Positions 17,590 through 28,753 of a stretch of 64,000 bases of DNA are shown one piece after another. Within the stretch, counting starts at the first letter, position 1. Every line of letters starts with the position of its first letter. Below the pieces are notes generated by a model. It searched no databases. It was not told the origin of the DNA and was given only the letters and a program-made list of their open reading frames with translations. The DNA is taken from the IMG/VR virus record IMGVR_UViG_3300043468_001049. The stretch is one strand, 5' to 3'. Origin of the DNA: an uncultured virus (IMG/VR IMGVR_UViG_3300043468_001049). Taxonomy: Duplodnaviria; Heunggongvirae; Uroviricota; Caudoviricetes. Made by a program: the position numbers and the translations under genes.

Positions 17590-18473
17590 TGTCATATTTT
17601 TCCAATTTTCCCAAAATGTTATATTCAACATCTTTGGGTGTTGCAAATCCGAAAGCAGTCACAAATATAATTGCAAAGGTTAATTTTCTTTCTGAGAGTA
17701 TTAACAATACGAGCATCTTTTACAATTATTCTGTAAAAGACGGAGAGCGACCAGAAGATATTGCATATAAAATGTATAAAGATCCAAAAAAGCATTGGAT
17801 CATTTTACTGTCGAATAATATTTTAGATCCTCAATATGATTGGGTCTTAAGCACAAATCAATTAGAAGATTATATTAATAAAAAATATAGTTCAATAACA
17901 TTTAATCTGGATCCATCTGAATCATATACCTCAAGTTACACGGTCGGCGAAACAGTATATCAGGGAAGTTCTTTAGATAAGGCAGATTGCGTTGGAACAG
18001 TTGTTGCTTATAGCAGCGGAAATAAAACACTACAAATTAAATTTGCAGACCAAGTTTTCGCAAATAACGCAAATGTAACTGGCGCAACTTCAAATGTGAC
18101 TCATAAAGTTGTAGGAATGACTTATAATAATGATGGATATAATTGGGCTTCAAATACAACTTATTATTCTTTATTGACAGAAGTTGCATCAAATAATTAC
18201 GATGGTAAAAAGACAACAACCAAATATCAAGTAACTGCAAAAGATTATAATTGGGAAACTGATTCTGTAATTGATAAAAATGTGAACATATCGTATTCAA
18301 ATACCTATAATCTAGTTGATGGATCAACTTTAACAGTCGACACTACTATTGCTCCTGTAACTTATTATGATTATGAATTAAATCTAAATGAAGAAAAACG
18401 AAGCATCATTATTATTAAACCAACATTTGTTCCATCAATAGAGAACGAGTTGCGCAGATTGATGAGATCATAA
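17589..18473 (+). CDS. 53: baseplate wedge gp53 (LysM-like) with an inserted domain
   Basis: YFSNFP, Y.VKDGERPE.IAY..Y.D...HWIILL.N, YE..LNE.KR.I. Confidence 0.9.
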   Translation: MSYFSNFPKMLYSTSLGVANPKAVTNIIAKVNFLSESINNTSIFYNYSVKDGERPEDIAYKMYKDPKKHWIILLSNNILDPQYDWVLSTNQLEDYINKKYSSITFNLDPSESYTSSYTVGETVYQGSSLDKADCVGTVVAYSSGNKTLQIKFADQVFANNANVTGATSNVTHKVVGMTYNNDGYNWASNTTYYSLLTEVASNNYDGKKTTTKYQVTAKDYNWETDSVIDKNVNISYSNTYNLVDGSTLTVDTTIAPVTYYDYELNLNEEKRSIIIIKPTFVPSIENELRRLMRS

Positions 18474-18474
18474 T

Positions 18475-19767
18475 ATGGCGACTAATATTGAAACAACAAT
18501 ATTTGATATTACTTCGATATCAATCGTAAGTCCATCAATTGGAACTGTTGATCTAAAAGACTTTAAGTTTACTGTAGAGGATTTTAGTATCTACGAAAGC
18601 ATTTATAACAGCGTTGTTTCTGGACACTTACTAATTAAAGATGCATCTAATCAATTGTCTAAATTGTGTTTATCAGGCACTGAGTTTCTTTATATCAATT
18701 TTATGAAAGCAGAAGGTTTGGCGCCATACGAAAAGGTGTTTCGAATCTATAAAATTTCTGATGTAACTCTAAAGAATAATACAACAACATTGACCTATAG
18801 AATTGACTTTTGCTCAGAAGAGTTTTTACTTGATCATCAAATTAGAATTTCAAAGTCATACAAAGGGTTTTATAATTTTCAAATTGCTGCAGATATTTTA
18901 GTTAATTATCTTGGAGTTTCTCCAGAAAGAGTGACTTTAGAACCAACTGTTCTTCCTCATGATGAGTTTATTATTCCAAATTTAAAACCATTTGAAGCAT
19001 TGAATATGCTCACAGCATTTTCACTCAACAACAATTTAACCTCAGCGTTTGTATTTTTCGAGACCGTTTCTGGTTATAAATTTGTAAGTTTGGAGTCTTT
19101 GATACAGGCTGATGATGCTCGAACCATTTATCTTCGTCCCCAAAATGTAAGTAATGAAACTGATTCTTTAGCAGGAATAGACTACATCAGCGATTTTAAT
19201 ATTTCTCAGTTATTCAATGTGTTGCAAACAATGTCAACTGGTGGTTATGCATCATCAATGTTAAAAATGGATCTAATCAAGCAAGATGTGCAAACAGCAT
19301 TCTCAGATCCAGCATCTTCAACACCTGTCACAACGTTGAATGCATTTTTACCAATGAATGACGCGAAAAATAGATTTAATGATAGAATAATTGATGCTTC
19401 AGCATATCAAAGATTCTTCACTAACGTAAAAGGTGGATTAATTGACAAGATTATGTTGCAAAGAGCGCATCAATTTTCTCTTTTAAATAACTATACAATG
19501 CAAGTTACAATGGCTGGCGATACAAGTTACGAAGCAGGTCAAGTGATCAGCGTTGACTTTCCATATCTGCAACCAATTAATGAAGCAGAAGAAACTCAAG
19601 TAGATCCATACAAGGCAGGTCGCTATCTTCTTACTGCCGTTCGCCATCGAATTCTTAACAATAAATACATCTGCTATCTTGAATTATGCAAAGATTCAGT
19701 TCTACAGCCATTCCCTTCTGCTGTTGCTGATGATTCTCAACTCTTAACATCTGCTAGATTATCATGA
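18475..19767 (+). CDS. baseplate hub protein (gp27-like)
   Basis: IYESI, L.G.E, P...P, FVFFET..GYKF.S.E.L, G.YL.TAVRH; located between genes 53 and 5. Confidence 0.7.
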   Translation: MATNIETTIFDITSISIVSPSIGTVDLKDFKFTVEDFSIYESIYNSVVSGHLLIKDASNQLSKLCLSGTEFLYINFMKAEGLAPYEKVFRIYKISDVTLKNNTTTLTYRIDFCSEEFLLDHQIRISKSYKGFYNFQIAADILVNYLGVSPERVTLEPTVLPHDEFIIPNLKPFEALNMLTAFSLNNNLTSAFVFFETVSGYKFVSLESLIQADDARTIYLRPQNVSNETDSLAGIDYISDFNISQLFNVLQTMSTGGYASSMLKMDLIKQDVQTAFSDPASSTPVTTLNAFLPMNDAKNRFNDRIIDASAYQRFFTNVKGGLIDKIMLQRAHQFSLLNNYTMQVTMAGDTSYEAGQVISVDFPYLQPINEAEETQVDPYKAGRYLLTAVRHRILNNKYICYLELCKDSVLQPFPSAVADDSQLLTSARLS

Positions 19768-21989
19768 GTAAATTTCGAAAAGACTTTATCGGATTAGATG
19801 GATTTCAGTGGTGGTTCGGTGTGGTTGAAAACCGAAACGATCCATTATTGCTTGGAAGATGTCAAGTTCGCATTTATGGAATACATTCTCCAAATTTAAC
19901 TGATATTCCATCAGCAGACCTTCCTTGGGCTTTGCCAGTCCATTCACTAAACAATCAAACCTTCTCAACACCAAAAGAAGGTGATTATGTTTTTGGATTC
20001 TTTATTGATGGATCATATGCGCAACAACCAGTAATGATGGGTATTGTTCCTGGAATTCCTGAGTCAATGACTGATCCAAATTCTGGATTTGCTGATCTTA
20101 GAACCCCAGAAGAAATTGCAAATTCACCAAAAAGAACAAGATCAGTTGAGTATGCTACAGATGGTACTGGCGCAACTCTTGAAGAATATACTGATGAAGA
20201 AGAATTGTCGGCATTAAGAAATCCATCTGCATTTCAAATTGGTTTTCCAACAAATAGCCCACTCGCAAGAAACGAGCAGGTAGACGAAACAATTCTTTCT
20301 GCCAAGAAAGCATCAGTTGTCACTGTTCCAATTTCAGAAGAAAACCAATGGAAAGAACCAGATCCTGCATATGATGCAGAGTATCCATTCAATAAAGTTT
20401 GGGAAACAGAATCTGGTCACATTATGGAGTTTGATGATACTCCAGGATCAGAGCGTGTTCATATTGCACACAGATCTGGAACATTCCAAGAAATTTATCC
20501 TTCTGGAACTAAAGTCGAAAAGATTGTAAAAAACAATTATAAAATTGTTTTCTCTGATCATCATGTTTACATTAAGGGGCGTGTAAATCTTACCGTTGAA
20601 TCAAATGTAAACATGAAGGTCTATGGACATGTTAATCTTGAAGCCCACAATGACATCAATGCTAATGTTGCTGGAAGTGTGAACTATACTGTCGGCGGTG
20701 ACTTTAATGTGAAGGCTGAGAATATTAATCTTGAAGCCAACAGTTATATCAATCAACTTGCAAATACTGGCGTGTTTATTACTGGCAATGGAGATGACGA
20801 CGACGGCGGTGTGTTCATAGTTGGAGAAGGTTCAGTTGGACTTCAGGGTGGAGAAGTTTCAGTTCTTTCTACAGTTGGAACTACGATAACTGCAGGTATT
20901 GACATTTCATTGACTGCTGGTGGATTTATCGCTGCTCAAGCTGGCGGTGCAGTTAGCATTCAAGCAGGGGCGCAATTTAATGTTCTTGCTGCTGGTACTG
21001 CGGCAATGACAGCAGCCACAGTCGGATTGAATGGAGCGGTTATCTCTCTCACCTCTGCTGGTCTTGTGAATTTGCAGGGTACAGTTGTTGGTGTTGGTGC
21101 AAGTCTCGTTGCTCCATTACAAACGTTCACAACATTCCCACCATCTCCTATAATTGGTGTTCCAATCCCAGGAATTCCAGCTGGGGAAGTAATTCCTGCC
21201 TCACCAACAGGATTAGGCGATCCACTTGAATTGCTCGAATATAACGATCCTCCTGTGTTCTTTGAGAAGAGCCCAAGCGTTCGACTTCCTCCAGATCGAG
21301 CTGCAGATATTGAACAACAGATTCTAGAATACGTTAAGAATCCAAACTCCTTCTATAATGAAGACGCAGATCGTGGTGATGTGAAGTCGAATTATCAAGG
21401 AACACCAGATACAAGCGGATTTGGTGATTCGTTAATTAATCCAAATAATCCAAACATCGATGATGCTTCAGATTTGGCTGCTTGGCTAGAAGAACAATTA
21501 TCAAAGACCAGTTCAGGCGGCTTCTGGTTAGAAACTGGAATGAGTGGAGGAGATTCAAATCCAAACATTATAAACATCTGGAAAGATCTAGGATTTGGAA
21601 ACAGAGCTCCATGGAACACCGACCAAACCGCATGGTGTATGGGCTTCATCAACTATGGTCTCAAACAAAATGGATACCGTTTCGTCCAAACTGCAAGAGC
21701 GTTTGACATTCGAGATCGTTTGTCAGATTTCGGCGCAACTCAGGTCATAAATCCAAGCGAGGCAAGACCTGGAGATATCGCTCTTTGGAAATATAGTCAC
21801 GTCAGCTTTGTCTATAAAAACAATAATGGTGCCCTTTCGTTTGTGGGTGGAAATCAAAAGAGTCGCAGCAGCGTTGGTGGCTCTAAGAATAATCCTTCGC
21901 AGGGTGATGTAAGTATCTCTTGGCAAAATGGTTATTCGTCTCCAGGAGATGGAACTTTGCTCGGAATCTTTAGACCTGTAAAAGTCTAA
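19764..21989 (+). CDS. 5: baseplate hub/spike gp5 with C-terminal cysteine-peptidase (CHAP/NlpC-like) domain
   Basis: WWFGVVENRNDPL.LGRCQVRI.G OB-fold, ETESGH..EFDDTPG.ER, beta-helix repeats, C-terminal TAWC.GF...HV.FV...GGNQ. Confidence 0.92.
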   Translation: MSKFRKDFIGLDGFQWWFGVVENRNDPLLLGRCQVRIYGIHSPNLTDIPSADLPWALPVHSLNNQTFSTPKEGDYVFGFFIDGSYAQQPVMMGIVPGIPESMTDPNSGFADLRTPEEIANSPKRTRSVEYATDGTGATLEEYTDEEELSALRNPSAFQIGFPTNSPLARNEQVDETILSAKKASVVTVPISEENQWKEPDPAYDAEYPFNKVWETESGHIMEFDDTPGSERVHIAHRSGTFQEIYPSGTKVEKIVKNNYKIVFSDHHVYIKGRVNLTVESNVNMKVYGHVNLEAHNDINANVAGSVNYTVGGDFNVKAENINLEANSYINQLANTGVFITGNGDDDDGGVFIVGEGSVGLQGGEVSVLSTVGTTITAGIDISLTAGGFIAAQAGGAVSIQAGAQFNVLAAGTAAMTAATVGLNGAVISLTSAGLVNLQGTVVGVGASLVAPLQTFTTFPPSPIIGVPIPGIPAGEVIPASPTGLGDPLELLEYNDPPVFFEKSPSVRLPPDRAADIEQQILEYVKNPNSFYNEDADRGDVKSNYQGTPDTSGFGDSLINPNNPNIDDASDLAAWLEEQLSKTSSGGFWLETGMSGGDSNPNIINIWKDLGFGNRAPWNTDQTAWCMGFINYGLKQNGYRFVQTARAFDIRDRLSDFGATQVINPSEARPGDIALWKYSHVSFVYKNNNGALSFVGGNQKSRSSVGGSKNNPSQGDVSISWQNGYSSPGDGTLLGIFRPVKV

Positions 21990-21997
21990 TATAAATA
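21990..21997 (+). promoter_or_regulatory. T4-type late promoter
   Basis: TATAAATA upstream of gene 25. Confidence 0.7.
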
Positions 21998-22021
21998 TAA
22001 AAACAAATTTTAGAGTAAAAA

Positions 22022-22414
22022 ATGGCAGCAGAAGAAAGAGCATTTTCTGATCTAGATTTAAATTTTACGAAACATCCGATTACAAAAGATGTTGCTCGTA
22101 AAACTGGGTATAATGCGATTATCGCTTCTTTAAAGAATTTAATTAATACTAATTTCTACGAAAGACCATTTAATCCAAAATTGGGAAGCAATATTCGCGG
22201 TTTACTGTTCGAACCATTAGATCCGTTAACAGGAACTGTTCTACAAAAAGAATTGAAAATTCTTATTGATAACTATGAACCAAGAGTTTCTGTGAGAGAT
22301 ATACAAGTAGTGGCTGATTATGATAGAAATGCATATCAAGTTACTTTAACATTTTTTACGGTTAATTCTACTGAACCACTCAGAACAGTATTATTTTTAA
22401 ATAGGTTGAGATAA
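22022..22414 (+). CDS. 25: baseplate wedge gp25
   Basis: SDLDLNF..HP, NLI.T...ERPF.P..GS, YEPRV. Confidence 0.93.
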   Translation: MAAEERAFSDLDLNFTKHPITKDVARKTGYNAIIASLKNLINTNFYERPFNPKLGSNIRGLLFEPLDPLTGTVLQKELKILIDNYEPRVSVRDIQVVADYDRNAYQVTLTFFTVNSTEPLRTVLFLNRLR

Positions 22415-24498
22415 TGTCAGCAAACTTAGAAAGTAAATTGATTGTTTCAAATCCAGACTTTAATGCGATTCGAAGCAACTTAAAAGATTTTTTGCGAGCT
22501 CAAACCACTTTTTCGGATTATGATTTCGAAGGTTCTGGTCTTTCTAATTTGATCGATCTGTTAGCGTATAACACTCACTATATGGCTTTCTATGCAAACA
22601 TGATTGCAAACGAAGCCTTCTTGGATACAGCCTCACTTCGTGATGCAGTAGTTTCTCACGCCAAGATGCTTGGATATACTCCAACTTCTGTAACAAGTGC
22701 ACGTGCAAATGTGAATCTAACCTTCACACAAGCAAATAATGCGGCTGTGGCAAATTTAACATCTCTCACGATTCCAAGATTTACAAAATTTGCTGGAATT
22801 TCTTTAAACGGAGTCAACTATACATTCACGACTCTTGAAGAAAAAACTGTAACAAAAGCCAATTCAGCATTTACATTCTCCAATCTCGAGATTACTGAAG
22901 GCAAACCAATAAACATTGTCTTCACTTATAGTGCGCAAAATAACCCACTACAACAATTTACAATTCCTGATCCAGATGTTGATACGTCAACACTAGAAGT
23001 TATTGTTCAAAACTCTGCTGCCGACTTAACTCAAAAAACATATACGCTTGCTCTAGATGCAACTGAAGTTTCAGCAAATAGCGCAGTTTATTATCTTGAT
23101 GAAATTAATGATGGAAAATATCAAGTATACTTCGGTGATGGTATTTTAGGTAAACAACTTTCAGATAGCAACATTGTGATTTTGAGTTATTTGAGAAGTA
23201 AGGGTGCTGATTCGAATAAGACAAATCAATTCACACTAATTGATTCAGTTGGAACATTAACAAGCGGAACAGTTGTGGTCAACGATGCTGCTCAAGGTGG
23301 CACATCTGCAGAATCTATTAATAAAATTAAATTTACTGCGCCAAAAGCATTTGCTGCAAGAAATAGAGCAGTCACAAAAACAGATTATATTTCTCTAATT
23401 CAACGCGACTATCCTTCTCTTGAAGCAGTCAACGTTTGGGGTGGTGAAGAAAATGATCCACCAGTTTACGGCAAAGTCTTTATTTCTGCAAAACCTGCTT
23501 CTGGCTACGAATTAACAACAACAGAAAAACAATATATTTTAAATGAGGTTGTTGCCCCGTTAAGCATGGTAACTGTAACACCAGAATTTGTTGACCCAGA
23601 TTATAATTATTTGAATCTAAGTGTTAAAGTTACTTACGATCCAACTGCAACAACGAAAACTCCAGGTCAGATTGTAAGCTCTGTAAAATCAGCTGTGTAC
23701 AACTTTGCAAATACAAACCTTGACAATTTCAATTCATACTTCAAAGTTTCTCGTTTGACAAGAGAAATTGATAATATCGAAACTGCAATTTTAAGTAACG
23801 AAATTGACGTTACAATTGAGAAAAGACTTGAACCAATTCTTGGCGCAACACCAAGAAACTATACTTTGAAATATTATACGCCACTAAAGAAATCAACTAG
23901 CGGAAATAGAATTCGCTCAACTCCAGCATTTACTGCATATGACAGCGAAGATGTTGTTCGTCAGGTATTCTTCGAAGAAGTGCCCCAGTCAACAACAGGC
24001 ATCTCATCAATAACCATTAAAGCAGGTGGTTCAGGATTTACTGTTGCTCCAGAGATAAGAATCACAGGCGATGGCTATGGAGCAGCCGCAACAGCAGTAA
24101 TTACAAACGGCAAAATCACCTCTGTAAATATTACAAATGCTGGCTCAGAATATACAACAGCAGTTGTGAAAGCATATGACTCTGATGGAAACGAATTGAC
24201 AAGCGTTTTACTTGAAGCAGTTATTCAGAATAGCGTCGGTAAACTTCGAACATACTATTTCGATGACAATCAAATTAAAACCATTCTTTCTGAAGATGCT
24301 GCAACAGTAGATTATGCTGCTGGAACAATCACACTTCAAAACTTCTCACCACTTGATATTAGAAATACTTTAAAAGTTCTTAAGTTCTATGCAATGCCTG
24401 AGAATAATTTGTTCAGTTCAACAAGAAGTTCAATTATAACAGTTGATCAAGAAGATGCAGCTGCAATCACTGTCGACGCTATACCTGTAACAATCTAA
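22414..24498 (+). CDS. 6: baseplate wedge gp6
   Basis: DYDFEGSGLS.LIDLLAYNTHY, FGDG.LG, RAVT..DY, WGGEEN.PP.YGKVFIS. Confidence 0.95.
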   Translation: MSANLESKLIVSNPDFNAIRSNLKDFLRAQTTFSDYDFEGSGLSNLIDLLAYNTHYMAFYANMIANEAFLDTASLRDAVVSHAKMLGYTPTSVTSARANVNLTFTQANNAAVANLTSLTIPRFTKFAGISLNGVNYTFTTLEEKTVTKANSAFTFSNLEITEGKPINIVFTYSAQNNPLQQFTIPDPDVDTSTLEVIVQNSAADLTQKTYTLALDATEVSANSAVYYLDEINDGKYQVYFGDGILGKQLSDSNIVILSYLRSKGADSNKTNQFTLIDSVGTLTSGTVVVNDAAQGGTSAESINKIKFTAPKAFAARNRAVTKTDYISLIQRDYPSLEAVNVWGGEENDPPVYGKVFISAKPASGYELTTTEKQYILNEVVAPLSMVTVTPEFVDPDYNYLNLSVKVTYDPTATTKTPGQIVSSVKSAVYNFANTNLDNFNSYFKVSRLTREIDNIETAILSNEIDVTIEKRLEPILGATPRNYTLKYYTPLKKSTSGNRIRSTPAFTAYDSEDVVRQVFFEEVPQSTTGISSITIKAGGSGFTVAPEIRITGDGYGAAATAVITNGKITSVNITNAGSEYTTAVVKAYDSDGNELTSVLLEAVIQNSVGKLRTYYFDDNQIKTILSEDAATVDYAAGTITLQNFSPLDIRNTLKVLKFYAMPENNLFSSTRSSIITVDQEDAAAITVDAIPVTI

Positions 24499-24499
24499 T

Positions 24500-27346
24500 A
24501 TGTCATCACAGAATAGACTTTCAACACTCGTAGAATGGCAACTTCCTGACTTTATTCGTCGGGATCATCCATTGTTCGTAGAATTTTTGCAAAAGTATTA
24601 CGAATATCTTGAAACGCCAAATTCTCCTGTTTACGAATTAAAGAGATTCTCTGATAACTATGATGTAGATAAAGCCAGAGAAGCATTTTTACAATATTTT
24701 AAAAATAAAATCATACCTTCTTTTCCTGATTCTACAGAGTTGTCAACAGAAAGAATTATTAAGGCTGCGCGCGATTTTTATGCAAAGAAAGGTACTCCTG
24801 ACTCATTTAAATTTCTTTTCAGTGCTTTATATGGTGCAGAATTAGAAGTATTTTTCCCAAAATTACAAATTTTAAAAGCATCTGATGGTAAATGGATTCT
24901 ACCTCAAGCATTTCGTTTAACGCTTACTGGTGCAAATCTTTCTCTTGATTTAAATTTAATTGAAAAGCGAAAAGCATATGGCAGCATTTCCAGAGCGAGC
25001 TGTATTGTTGAAAGCGCAATAAGAACAATTGATAAAAGCACCAACAATGAAATTGTTGAAATTTATGTTTCAAATGTAAATCGTGCATTTCAAAATGGTG
25101 AAGATCTAGAAATAGAGTATCTTGACATTAATGGCGCGACTCAAACATTCTCAGAAAAGATTATTGGTGCACTTTCAAATATTCAAATTACTCAAAATCG
25201 TCGCGGCACAAGATATCTAACAGGTGACCCAGTTGTGATTAATGGTGGTTTGGATACCACATCAACTACAAAAGTAAAGGCTGTTGCAACTGTTGGGAAT
25301 GTAACCACAGGTTCAATTGATTCTGTCACCGTATTAAATCGCGGATATGGATTTAGAACATTTCCAAATTCTTTAGTTGATATTGTAACAGCAAATGGCG
25401 TTGGTGCAAACGTAATTGTTGCTTCGGTAGACACAGCAAACAATATTGAAATTCCTTATAACATTGATGCAATTTTATACAAAAAAGATACTTTATTAAA
25501 TGCTGCAGACTATGATTTTGATAATGTTGCTTCAGCAGACATTAATACAACCATTATTGATGCATTAACATTTGAAAAAATAAACGTTTATCCAATACTT
25601 ACAATGAGTGTTGTAAATGGCGGATCTTTCTTCAGTGAAGAGCCAACTTTAGATGTTGTTTCTCTATTCGAGAGTGATTATTCAGAAACAAATGGCAACC
25701 TATTGTTAAGTCCAGGCTCATTTAGTACATACAATGCATCAAATTCTTCCATTAAATTTGTTGGTGGTGGGTTTTCTAGTGTGAATGATTATTACAATGG
25801 ATGGAGAATTTTACTTGAAAAACAATATAGAACAATCATAGATTATGATGGTGCAACTAAAACTGCATTTTTAGATAGATCGTTCGAAGTAAATATAAAT
25901 TTAACCAATATTCTCACTAAAAATCTTTATCTTGATTCCCGCCCATCAACTAAATCTATGGGCTATATTGCTCACGTTGAAGTATTAAATGGTGGAAGTG
26001 GATATGATAGTGGCGATACTCTTTCACTAGCTGGAACAGGTTATGGTGCTGTCCTCAGCCCAACGATAACAGGTGGTTCATTTACTGCAGTTTCAGTATC
26101 AAATCGTGGTGAGGGATATGTTGAACCGCCAACAGTAATCGTAAATACATCAACTGGTAGTGGGGCATTATTTAAAGTTTATGTTCTTGGAAATGGTGAG
26201 GAATTTGATGTTGTAACTGGAGACATTGGTCAAGTCAGAGACATTATTCTCTCAAATCGTGGATCAGATTATGTTTCAGCACCAAATGTATCACTAAAAG
26301 TATATGACATTTTAATTTCTCCTCTTGGTGGATCTGAAGTAATTCTCGAGAATGATATTGTATATCAAGGTGTAAATGTAAATACAACTACATTTAGAGC
26401 CATCGTTGATGAATATTATCCATCTAATAATATTATCAGAGTTTTCAATTATTCTGGTTCTATAAACGTAGCACAAAATCTTGTTGTTTATAAGACTGAG
26501 ACAGCAGCACAAACAAACACCTTCATTCAAACTTCAACGATTGGAGGTAAAACGTATCCATACAAATATGGTGACGGCAGAGCCAGAGCAACAGCAGAAT
26601 TTTTAAATGGTCTTATTCGCTATAACGGATATTATCTAAACACCGATGGACAATTAAGTTCTGATAAGAGATTACAAGACGCTAAGAGATATCACAATTA
26701 TTCTTATGAATTAATCTCTGATCGCTCTTACACTGAGTATAGTAAAACTGTTCTTGAGAGTTTACATCCTGCAGGCGCATCACTACTTGCTGCGCATATG
26801 ATCAAAACAGATTTGCAGGTCTCGCAGCTTTCTAATATAAATGTTCATACACTCTATACAAATAGTAATAGTTTAATCACGAACTGTAACGTTGGATTTA
26901 ATGCAGCTATTGTTTCTGGAAACACAGGCAGTGACTTTGATTTGCTTGCAAATATTGGTGATATTATCATAATTAATTCTGGTAATGTGTATCGCTCTTT
27001 TGCAAAGGTGATCACTTCGTTTACCAGCAACACTCAACTAAATATAGAGAGCCCTTGCGTTATTGTTGGTGAAGGTCGCGGTAAAGTTACAGCAAACCTC
27101 AATACACTTACAATTAGCGGCAATTCAAACTCTATTGTACAATTCATCACAGTAGACGACGAACTTAGAATAAACGTAAATAATTCTATCTTGGTTAAAA
27201 CGATTAATAGTATTTCTGGCAATGTAATTACTCTCAACAGCAATGTGGGTATTACAACGACCAATACAAATCTTGTTTACTTCGTTTATCCGAAGTTAAA
27301 CGCAGTAAGTTACAAAATAGTCAGTACGACTGACGAATTCTCTTAA
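24500..27346 (+). CDS. 7: baseplate wedge gp7-like
   Basis: QLP.FIR..HP.FVEFL..YYE, KGT..SFKFLF, LQD...Y..YSY, HPAG; lies between genes 6 and 8. Confidence 0.8.
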   Translation: MSSQNRLSTLVEWQLPDFIRRDHPLFVEFLQKYYEYLETPNSPVYELKRFSDNYDVDKAREAFLQYFKNKIIPSFPDSTELSTERIIKAARDFYAKKGTPDSFKFLFSALYGAELEVFFPKLQILKASDGKWILPQAFRLTLTGANLSLDLNLIEKRKAYGSISRASCIVESAIRTIDKSTNNEIVEIYVSNVNRAFQNGEDLEIEYLDINGATQTFSEKIIGALSNIQITQNRRGTRYLTGDPVVINGGLDTTSTTKVKAVATVGNVTTGSIDSVTVLNRGYGFRTFPNSLVDIVTANGVGANVIVASVDTANNIEIPYNIDAILYKKDTLLNAADYDFDNVASADINTTIIDALTFEKINVYPILTMSVVNGGSFFSEEPTLDVVSLFESDYSETNGNLLLSPGSFSTYNASNSSIKFVGGGFSSVNDYYNGWRILLEKQYRTIIDYDGATKTAFLDRSFEVNINLTNILTKNLYLDSRPSTKSMGYIAHVEVLNGGSGYDSGDTLSLAGTGYGAVLSPTITGGSFTAVSVSNRGEGYVEPPTVIVNTSTGSGALFKVYVLGNGEEFDVVTGDIGQVRDIILSNRGSDYVSAPNVSLKVYDILISPLGGSEVILENDIVYQGVNVNTTTFRAIVDEYYPSNNIIRVFNYSGSINVAQNLVVYKTETAAQTNTFIQTSTIGGKTYPYKYGDGRARATAEFLNGLIRYNGYYLNTDGQLSSDKRLQDAKRYHNYSYELISDRSYTEYSKTVLESLHPAGASLLAAHMIKTDLQVSQLSNINVHTLYTNSNSLITNCNVGFNAAIVSGNTGSDFDLLANIGDIIIINSGNVYRSFAKVITSFTSNTQLNIESPCVIVGEGRGKVTANLNTLTISGNSNSIVQFITVDDELRINVNNSILVKTINSISGNVITLNSNVGITTTNTNLVYFVYPKLNAVSYKIVSTTDEFS

Positions 27347-27363
27347 CGGAGAGATAATATAAA

Positions 27364-28743
27364 ATGGCGAGTTATGCAATCTTAACTAAAAATTTCGGTG
27401 TTTTAAACGCCCAGAACTTCGAGCGTTTAACAACTGGGGCATTTGCAAATTGCTACGTCGCGATTGGTCGTCAAAGCGACTGGTCGGGTGGTGATGTTGC
27501 TGCTGCTCCTGTAGACACTTCAAACAGTTTCTATCGATTCTGGGACACCATGATCGGTATGAAGAAAATCACTGCTGCTGACATGAATTTAGTTGTTCCA
27601 CGTGTTGATTGGGAAACAGGAACAACGTATATTGAATATAATCAAGATACTCAAATGTTTGCAAAAGCCAATACTGCAAATGTTGCGTATGATAACAAAT
27701 TTTATGTGAGAAATACGCGAGATCAAATCTTTAAATGTTTGTTCAATAACAACAGTGGATCATCTACTGTGATGCCAGAAATTAATTTAGATGGCCAACT
27801 TCCAGAAAATGCATTTGTTGAAACATCAGATGGATACAAATGGAAGTATTTGTATACAATTCCACCTGGACTTAAAGAAAAGTTTTTCACAAATCAATAT
27901 ATGCCTGTTGTGACAGAGGCTATTGTCACAAATAATGCTGTTGATGGTCGTCTTGACATCATTAAGATTACTGCAAATGGTGCTGGTTTTTATGCGAATG
28001 CAAATTCAAATAGTTATAGCATCGTTTCTATTAGTGGTGATGGATCTAATGCAAATGTGACTGTGAAGGTTACAACTACTGCCCTTCTTGGTGGTAATTT
28101 GAGCGGATATAATATTATTTCTGCAGGTAACAATTATACCAGAGCCACGCTCAGTTTGACCGACCCTATCAAAGTTCCTGGAACTGCAAATGGCACATTA
28201 ACCGCAGTTATAGGTCCTCCAGGAGGACATGGCTCAGATGTAGCGCAAGAATTGGGTGCATCTAATTTGATGCTTTGCGTTCAAATTGAGGGTGATGAGG
28301 GTGGAAAACTTCCAATTAATGGATTAAACACATTTAGACAGATTGGCATTCTAAAAGATCCTCTATTAGCCAACTCTGCTTTTGCGTCAAATAACGTATA
28401 CAGAACGACAACAGCTCTCGGCATTTCAGCTGCAGTCACTCCAGCATTTAGTTTGAAAGAAACAATCTATGTTGGAACTTCTCTTGCAACCGCGACATTT
28501 ACTGCAGTGGTTGAAAACTATGATAGCGCAAATCTTGTATTATATGTAAACAATACAACTGGATCCCTCACAACTCCAGCAACGATTGTGGGGAATACTT
28601 CTGGAGCAATTACTAGCGTTTTAAGTCAAACTGCTCCAGAAATAAAGAAGTTCTCAGGGGATCTACTATATATTGAAAACAGCGCAAATATTTCTCGATC
28701 AACTGTTGAAACTCAACAAGTTAAACTTACGCTCAGATTTTAA
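27364..28743 (+). CDS. 8: baseplate wedge gp8
   Basis: VVPRVDW..G, FKCLFN, DGYKWKYLYTI, PPGGHG.D...ELGA, FRQIGI..DP, SGD.LYIEN. Confidence 0.9.
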   Translation: MASYAILTKNFGVLNAQNFERLTTGAFANCYVAIGRQSDWSGGDVAAAPVDTSNSFYRFWDTMIGMKKITAADMNLVVPRVDWETGTTYIEYNQDTQMFAKANTANVAYDNKFYVRNTRDQIFKCLFNNNSGSSTVMPEINLDGQLPENAFVETSDGYKWKYLYTIPPGLKEKFFTNQYMPVVTEAIVTNNAVDGRLDIIKITANGAGFYANANSNSYSIVSISGDGSNANVTVKVTTTALLGGNLSGYNIISAGNNYTRATLSLTDPIKVPGTANGTLTAVIGPPGGHGSDVAQELGASNLMLCVQIEGDEGGKLPINGLNTFRQIGILKDPLLANSAFASNNVYRTTTALGISAAVTPAFSLKETIYVGTSLATATFTAVVENYDSANLVLYVNNTTGSLTTPATIVGNTSGAITSVLSQTAPEIKKFSGDLLYIENSANISRSTVETQQVKLTLRF

Positions 28744-28753
28744 GGTGTAACAG

